Below are positions 58,138-64,000 of a stretch of DNA of 64,000 nt, piece after piece. Under the pieces are notes generated by a model. That model did no database searches. It had not been told where the DNA came from and was given only the letters and a program-made list of their open reading frames with translations. Both the position numbers and the translations under genes were made by a program. Each line of letters starts with the position of its first letter. Within the stretch, counting starts at the first letter, position 1. The DNA is taken from contig JANQNK010000008.1 of the NCBI GenBank assembly GCA_028279595.1, positions 1-64,000 on the forward strand, given 5' to 3'. Source of the stretch: Thermoplasmatota archaeon. Its GTDB lineage: Archaea; Thermoplasmatota; JAKEGO01.

Positions 58138-59153
58138 TGAAGAAGCTCCTTGTTAAATCCCTCGCCGAAAATCGAGTAACCTGCGTCCAACGCGGCACGC
58201 CTGACCTCGGGATCGGGGAATGAGGAGGCCTCCGAGATGGCCCATCTGGAGAACTCGTTGGTCAGGTCGTCGCCGAACCCCTGGACAAGGGTCATGGCGG
58301 CCGTCATCTTCGACGGTGCGCCGAGATGCGACGGGTCGGCCCCGAGGTAATCACGTATCATCCTCTCCTTGTCCGGGGTGTTCTCCCTCAGCCATGGAAG
58401 CACGACCGCGCTTATGTCACCGTGGATCTCCGAGGGGACGTCGATGGTCCGGGAATCGATGAGGTCGACCTCGCGCAGCCTGTCGGCCCAGAACCTCTGG
58501 GTGTAGGAGCCGTCGATGACCGACGCCGAGAACCGCCTCTTCTCCTTGGTCGGAACGGTCCTGGAGCGGAGGTAGGAACCGACCAGCTGCCCGGAGATCC
58601 CCCACGATGGCTCTGCCGTGCTGAGCATAACGCCGAGCATCACGCTGGCCCCCGGACCCTTGGCCGCCCTCGATGCCACGACCGAGTCGAACAGGGAGAC
58701 GAAATGATTGGGGTCCGATGCGACGAGGACCTCGGGATGGAGGTCGTAGGCGATGAGGACCATCTCGAGAAGCTCCCTGTCAGGGCCCCTGAGTCTCACG
58801 ACATGGTGGAAAAGGGTAATCATGAACGCGGGGAATGCGTCCTCGGCGTACTCCTCCAGGTCGATGTTCCCGAAGGCGTCGAGGATTATCCTGTCGACGA
58901 CCACCTGGTCGAGCCCGGGATCGTTCAGTGCCTCCCTGACCAGATAGCCCGTGATGAAGGGCCTCTCCAGCCGGAGCTTGACATCCAGATCGTCTATGTC
59001 CATGTCCCCGAGGTTGGGGTCCGTGTCCGTAAGGTATGCCCTGACCGCTGCATAGGCCAGTGGTTCGAGCTCGTCGGCCTGCTCCGGGGACAGTCCGAGC
59101 CTCCTCCTCAGGTAGTTCACGACCATTACGATGTCTCCGCGTTCGTTGGACAT
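58134..59153 (-). CDS. Hypothetical alpha-helical protein
   Basis: ATGA overlap with downstream gene; TATA-like box upstream; no recognised family. Confidence 0.7.
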   Translation of the reverse strand: MSNERGDIVMVVNYLRRRLGLSPEQADELEPLAYAAVRAYLTDTDPNLGDMDIDDLDVKLRLERPFITGYLVREALNDPGLDQVVVDRIILDAFGNIDLEEYAEDAFPAFMITLFHHVVRLRGPDRELLEMVLIAYDLHPEVLVASDPNHFVSLFDSVVASRAAKGPGASVMLGVMLSTAEPSWGISGQLVGSYLRSRTVPTKEKRRFSASVIDGSYTQRFWADRLREVDLIDSRTIDVPSEIHGDISAVVLPWLRENTPDKERMIRDYLGADPSHLGAPSKMTAAMTLVQGFGDDLTNEFSRWAISEASSFPDPEVRRAALDAGYSIFGEGFNKELLQ

Positions 59154-59242
59154 TCGTACGTTCCAGTTCTATAATAGTGTTTCTGGAGCACGAAGTGGAG
59201 TAATGTGAAATGGGCTGGTCGTCGGACCCTTCCCTGATCCGT

Positions 59243-60565
59243 TCAGAGGCCCTTCTCTGCCAGGAACCCGCCGATGACCTCGTCGAGCTTCGGCCTGCCG
59301 ATCTCCTCGAGGTCGTACCTGACCCTGAGCATCACCTTGTCCGGCTTGATTATCCTGTTGAGGTCTATCGGGGTCCCACTGACCACGACCTCCGCGTCAG
59401 AGCGGTTGATGGTCTCCTGGAGGTCGGCCACCTGCTGCGGGCTGTAGCCCATGGCCGGCAATGTGTACTCGAGGTGGGGGAACTTCTCGTACGTCTCCAG
59501 GATCGTTCCGACGGCGAACTCCTTCGGCCTCACGAACTCGCTCGCCCCGAACCTGTCACCGGCAATGAATGCAGCTCCGTACGGCATGCCGCCGTGGGTG
59601 GTCGTCGGGCCGTCCTCGATCAGCAAAGCCCGCTTCCCGCGGATCATCTCCGGGTTGTCGACAGTTATTGGTGACGCCGCCTCGACGATGATGGCGTCGG
59701 GATTGACGGCCCTGACGTTCTGCCTCAGGACCCTGACGTCGTCGAGGTCGGCCGTGTCGACCTTGTTGATGAGGATGACGTCCGCGAGAAGGACGTTCTC
59801 GTGGCTGGGATAGTATATCGTCTCGTCGCCCGACCTGTGGGGGTCGGTCACCGTGATGTACAGATCGGCCTTGTAGAACGAGGCGTCGTTGTTTCCGCCG
59901 TCCCAGATCACCACGTCGGCCTCCGCCTCGGCCTGTCTGAGGATGGCCTCGTAGTCTACGCCGGCGAAGACTATCGACCCCGCGTCGATGTGGGGTTCGT
60001 ACTCCTCGCGCTCCTCGATGGTGCACTTGTGAGTATCGAGGTCATCGTACGTGGCGAACCTCTGGACGGCCTGTGCCTCGAGGTCCCCGTAGGGCATCGG
60101 ATGCCTGATGACGGCGACCTTCTTGCCGTTCGCTGCGAGTATCTGCGCGACCCGTCTCGTGGTCTGGCTCTTTCCGCAGCCCGTCCTCGTCGCGCATATT
60201 GCGATGAGCGGCCTGGACGAGGAGATCATCGTCCCCGACCTGATGAGCTCGAAGTCGGCACCGGCAGCGTTCACGAGGGCGGCCTTCTCCATCACGTACT
60301 GGTTGGTGACATCGCTGTAGGAGAAGACGACCTTCGTCACCCCGTGCTTTCCGATGAGCTCCACGAGGTTGTCCTCGGGATATATCGGGATGCCGTCTGG
60401 GTAATTGGGCCCCGACAGGGCCGGCGGATATTTCCTTCCGGCGATGTCCGGGATCTGGGTCGCAGTGAATGCGACCACATTGACGGTCTGATCGTTCCTG
60501 AACCTGGTGTTGAAGTTGTGGAAATCGCGGCCTGCCGCGCCCATTATTATGACGTTCTCTACCAT
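59243..60565 (-). CDS. P-loop GTPase, cyclic 2,3-diphosphoglycerate synthetase-like family
   Basis: GAAGRDFHNFN, TRTGCGKS, RHPMPYG, WDGGNND, EDGPT.THGGM. Confidence 0.82.
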   Translation of the reverse strand: MVENVIIMGAAGRDFHNFNTRFRNDQTVNVVAFTATQIPDIAGRKYPPALSGPNYPDGIPIYPEDNLVELIGKHGVTKVVFSYSDVTNQYVMEKAALVNAAGADFELIRSGTMISSSRPLIAICATRTGCGKSQTTRRVAQILAANGKKVAVIRHPMPYGDLEAQAVQRFATYDDLDTHKCTIEEREEYEPHIDAGSIVFAGVDYEAILRQAEAEADVVIWDGGNNDASFYKADLYITVTDPHRSGDETIYYPSHENVLLADVILINKVDTADLDDVRVLRQNVRAVNPDAIIVEAASPITVDNPEMIRGKRALLIEDGPTTTHGGMPYGAAFIAGDRFGASEFVRPKEFAVGTILETYEKFPHLEYTLPAMGYSPQQVADLQETINRSDAEVVVSGTPIDLNRIIKPDKVMLRVRYDLEEIGRPKLDEVIGGFLAEKGL

Positions 60566-60804
60566 GCTCTCACCGGCCCTCGTTATGGACGATACCTAAA
60601 TAAACATTTCTCAGAGGCAATGTTCCAAGGGAATGGCAAAGGTCCAATCCCCAAGGGGTCCTTGTCAATGACAATACTCACCGCCATTGGACCAATGGGC
60701 AGTATGACAATAGGTCGCTGATTTCGCAGGTCATTGGGAAAGCGCCCCCCACAACACGGGATGTTGTGCGCGCCCTCCCTCCCTTCTGTCCGATGGATGG
60801 AGCG

Positions 60805-62037
60805 TCAGATGTCCTCGTCGTCCGACTCGTCCGGAGCGATGAGGTAGCAGTGGGTCTGCCGGCCCTCCTTGATCACGTCGATGAGACCCTCGTGGTACAT
60901 TGCCCGCACGTTGAGGTTCACCAGCTGCTTGCGCGCGCCAAGGGCCACGCAGATCTCCTTCTGGGATATGCCGGGATTATCTGCGATCAGATTGAGGATC
61001 CTGAGCTGGAACGTGTCCATCTCGATGGACTCCTCGACCTTCATGCCTATCGGGTAGAACCGGCGGAACCGGCCGTCCATCACGGACTTGACCAGCTTCT
61101 CCCGTTCGAGTACCTTGACGTGATAGGCGAAAAGGCCGTTCTTCAGACCCAGCTTCCGCATGATGCCGGAGTAGTGATCGCCGGGATTCGCGATGATGTA
61201 ACCGTGGATCTTACCTCGGATGTAATTGTTCAGGACCGTTCGGCCGGTGACCTTCGCGTATAGCAGGCCGAAGGCCGAGAAGACCAGATAGATGCCGGAC
61301 TGGGAAAGGGCCAGCACGACGAGGAACGAGATGAGGCCAGCAAGCCAGTAGTAGTACGACGGCACGGATGTCACGGTCTCCCTGCCCGGTTTCGACGATG
61401 CTACCCTGATGTTCACCTGCTGGGTGGTGACACCGTCAGTGGCTAGGATGGTCACATTGCTGCCTCCGAGCTCCGTCGTGTCCACGAAGAATGCGAACTT
61501 CGACGTCCCGGCGGCCTCGGTCCATTCGCCGTCCTCGACCCTGAAACTGACCGAAACGACACCTCGGTCGTCGGTGGCCTCGCCCTCGACCATCACAACG
61601 CTGTCGGCCGGGATGACCTCGGACGTGACGGTGATCTCGGGGGGTGTGGCCGGCGTCTCGGCCGAGACGACGTTCGAGTACGAGAATGCGTGGGAATAGC
61701 CCTCGGCCGATATCATGAAGTGGTAGGTCGCGCCCTCGTCGAGTCCTGAGATGGTCTTGGAGGTCAGTCCGGTGCCTACCACACCGCTCACATACGTGCT
61801 CCAGACCCTTGTAGGGACCATGAGCTCGGAGACGTCCGAATAGTGTATGATGGTCTGGTTCAGCTCGGGGGACGCCTCCTGTGTCCACGTTATGCGCACG
61901 CTCTCGCTCCCGAGGACCTCGATGCCCGTGATCTCGGGGGCGGGCGGTGCGGGTCCCTCCTGGCCGGTAGCGTCACCGGTGAGGTAGAAAGAGGCGATGA
62001 TCACGACCAATATTGCCAGGATACCGACGGCTCGCAC
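60805..62037 (-). CDS. Membrane-tethered transcription factor: FN3-like domain, Ig domain, TM, tandem winged-helix
   Basis: Signal peptide; ITW...GLDEGATYHF..S; TM; LYA..RG..ANPGDHY..YH..RFYP..DNPGISQ. Confidence 0.82.
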   Translation of the reverse strand: MRAVGILAILVVIIASFYLTGDATGQEGPAPPAPEITGIEVLGSESVRITWTQEASPELNQTIIHYSDVSELMVPTRVWSTYVSGVVGTGLTSKTISGLDEGATYHFMISAEGYSHAFSYSNVVSAETPATPPEITVTSEVIPADSVVMVEGEATDDRGVVSVSFRVEDGEWTEAAGTSKFAFFVDTTELGGSNVTILATDGVTTQQVNIRVASSKPGRETVTSVPSYYYWLAGLISFLVVLALSQSGIYLVFSAFGLLYAKVTGRTVLNNYIRGKIHGYIIANPGDHYSGIMRKLGLKNGLFAYHVKVLEREKLVKSVMDGRFRRFYPIGMKVEESIEMDTFQLRILNLIADNPGISQKEICVALGARKQLVNLNVRAMYHEGLIDVIKEGRQTHCYLIAPDESDDEDI

Positions 62038-62040
62038 GTT

Positions 62041-62066
62041 CGTAACTAGGTTACGTTTATATATAT
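62041..62066 (-). promoter_or_regulatory. TATA box with downstream palindrome, probable leaderless promoter
   Basis: TATATATAAA (minus strand) followed by CGTAAC-N3-GTTACG (62041-62055), then GTG at 62037. Confidence 0.55.
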
Positions 62067-62144
62067 CTAGTTTGGTGCGCCCCGTTACCGATATTTAAAG
62101 GTATTCGATGGATTTATGAGAGGGACCTGTGCCGATGCACCGGT

Positions 62145-63161
62145 TCAGGGCCTCACACCGATGGCGTCGAGTGCATCGGCCAGCGCTCCGTAGGCCTCGG
62201 CATCATGGTAGCCTGTCGATATCCGGAATGCCATCGTGTCGCCGAAGTGTTCCGCTGCGAACAGAAGGATCCCGTATTCGTCCAGGAGACGGTCCGCCAC
62301 GTCGATGGACGGTGGCCCTTCCCCGTAGCGCAGGTATGAGAATGGCATGCCGGTCCTCGCGATGTCGAACGAGGGAAGCATATCTACCAGCAGGGATTCG
62401 CCCTCTGCTACTATCCTCTTCGCCTTCTCGATGAAGCGATCGTGGTCGGCCAGGAACGCCATCGCCGCCGCCTCGCCGAAGGAGTTGTTCGTGGGGCTGA
62501 TGTTCTCCTTGGTCCGTCTCAGCCCCGGGGCGAGGTCCGGCGTGGAGACGAGCCAGCCTATCCTTGCACCACCCATTCCCCCGATCTTCGAGAGCGAACA
62601 TGTCACTATCGTCCGCTCGCCGACTGCATTCACGTTGGTGGGAAGCCCGGCGAAGGGTCGGTAGATCTCGTCGATCAGCATCACGGCGCCCGATCCGACG
62701 GCCGCCCGGTGGATATCGGAAATATCGGTAGTGTCTCCCGAGGGATTGTTGGGATGGCATACGACCACCATCTCGAATTCGTCGTTCTCGATGGCGTCTA
62801 CCATGTCGGACCTCGGGACCTGGACCACCTCGCCCCCGAACGCCTCCGGGATGTTCCTGAGGGGTTCGAATATCGGTGTCTCGACGAGGACCCTCCCACC
62901 GTTGACGCATTCGAGGAAGGAGACGTTGTTGGCCTCGTGAGCGCCCTCGGTGATGATGACCTGGTCCGGATCGACGCCGAACCTGGACGCGAACTCTCCT
63001 CTGAGATCCGATCTTCCGTGGACGGCCCCGTAGTCGGTGCTGATATCGGATAGCCGAAGCCCTAGCTCCTCGATCGAGAGCGGTGGCACAAGGCTGCCTC
63101 CGAGATTGTACCTTGCACCCTCCCCCCGGACCAGGTGCTCGATGAGGGAGTAGCGCTCCAT
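62145..63161 (-). CDS. Class I/II PLP-dependent aminotransferase
   Basis: HPNNPSG, DEIY, SLSKIGG.GG.RIGW. Confidence 0.88.
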   Translation of the reverse strand: MERYSLIEHLVRGEGARYNLGGSLVPPLSIEELGLRLSDISTDYGAVHGRSDLRGEFASRFGVDPDQVIITEGAHEANNVSFLECVNGGRVLVETPIFEPLRNIPEAFGGEVVQVPRSDMVDAIENDEFEMVVVCHPNNPSGDTTDISDIHRAAVGSGAVMLIDEIYRPFAGLPTNVNAVGERTIVTCSLSKIGGMGGARIGWLVSTPDLAPGLRRTKENISPTNNSFGEAAAMAFLADHDRFIEKAKRIVAEGESLLVDMLPSFDIARTGMPFSYLRYGEGPPSIDVADRLLDEYGILLFAAEHFGDTMAFRISTGYHDAEAYGALADALDAIGVRP

Positions 63162-63165
63162 CCTG

Positions 63166-64000
63166 TCACGGCTCCAGGCGCTTCATGTCCCTCGGGAAGA
63201 GTATGCTCTCCCTGACGTTCTCCGCGCCGATCAGTACCTGTACGACGCGCTCGAGGCCGAGGCCCCATCCGGCGTGCGGTGGCATGCCGTACCTGAACGC
63301 CTTGAGGTAGAAGCCGAAGCCCTCCGGGTCGAGGTCGAGCGCCTTCAGCCTTTCGACCAGCAGGTCGTGGTCATGGACCCTCTGCGCGCCAGAGGCGAGC
63401 TCGATGTGACCCTTCATCAGATCGAATCCGAGCCCGTACTTCCCGTCGGGCTGAACGTAGAACGGCTTGGCCTCCAGCGGCCACCGGTCTATGAAGTAGT
63501 ATCCGGGATATCGTTCCGCCAGTATCCTCAGGGCGTCGGAACCCAGGTCCTCGCCCCACGGGACCTCCATCCCGCCCTCGGCGATAACCTCCAGGGCGTG
63601 GTCGTAGGTGATCCTCTCGAATGTACCAGGGACCTCGATCTGGCGCTCGGGGTCCACGGTATTGGCGCTCTCTATCGCCCTCACGAGGGCCGCCTCGACG
63701 ACGTCCATGGCGTCCGAATCAGTGGCGAACGCCAGCTCGACGTCCACCGAAAGGAACTCGTTGATGTGCCTTGTGGTGTCGTGGGACTCGGCCCTGAAGG
63801 CCGGTCCGAACTCGAAGACCCTGTCGAGGCCCGAGGCCATGAGTATCTGCTTGTAGAGCTGAGGGCTCTGATTGAGGAACGCGTCCCTGCCGAAGTAGTC
63901 GACGTGGAAGAGCTCGGTCCCTCCCTCGGTGGCCGTTGCGACTATCTTCGGGGTCGTGATCTCGACGAACCCGTCGTCGATCAGGCTCTGCCGCATGCCC
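63166..64000 (-). CDS. aspS: Aspartyl-tRNA synthetase, archaeal type, 5' part outside window
   Basis: TEGG, QSPQLYKQ, FRAE...RH.NEF, SGAQR, GMPPHAGWGLGLER. Confidence 0.9.
   Translation of the reverse strand, partial: GMRQSLIDDGFVEITTPKIVATATEGGTELFHVDYFGRDAFLNQSPQLYKQILMASGLDRVFEFGPAFRAESHDTTRHINEFLSVDVELAFATDSDAMDVVEAALVRAIESANTVDPERQIEVPGTFERITYDHALEVIAEGGMEVPWGEDLGSDALRILAERYPGYYFIDRWPLEAKPFYVQPDGKYGLGFDLMKGHIELASGAQRVHDHDLLVERLKALDLDPEGFGFYLKAFRYGMPPHAGWGLGLERVVQVLIGAENVRESILFPRDMKRLEP

Overview
GC-rich (~60%) archaeal window, probably Thermoplasmatota. This is inferred from TATA-box promoters, GGAGGTGA-like RBSs, a PGF-CTERM protein, archaeal Ogg/RPA/IorAB/AspRS and the style of the surface proteins. 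No rRNA, tRNA, CRISPR array or transposase was seen. Contents: (i) five large exported proteins sharing a VDDDxGxW-capped NosD-like beta-helix plus PKD/Ig stalks but ending in different C-terminal modules; (ii) a 14-gene oxidative-stress run (24461-33069) with an embedded iorAB, two short genes missing from the ORF track, and a nearby glutaredoxin/ferredoxin:disulfide reductase pair; (iii) a metal/redox-repair cluster (46887-55571); (iv) housekeeping genes. The best candidate for an undescribed system is three membrane-tethered transcription factors (34606-38808, 38926-45060, 60805-62037). Each fuses a signal peptide and an ectodomain of up to ~1,850 aa, through a TM helix, to a cytoplasmic tandem winged-helix. 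The two adjacent giants have near-identical recognition helices and share a dyad motif beside their TATA boxes. A second candidate is a tandem family of 4-TM 'LPW' proteins sharing a Tyr-rich zinc finger with the tail of the neighbouring 2,150-aa surface protein. All family assignments are by eye; no searches were run.
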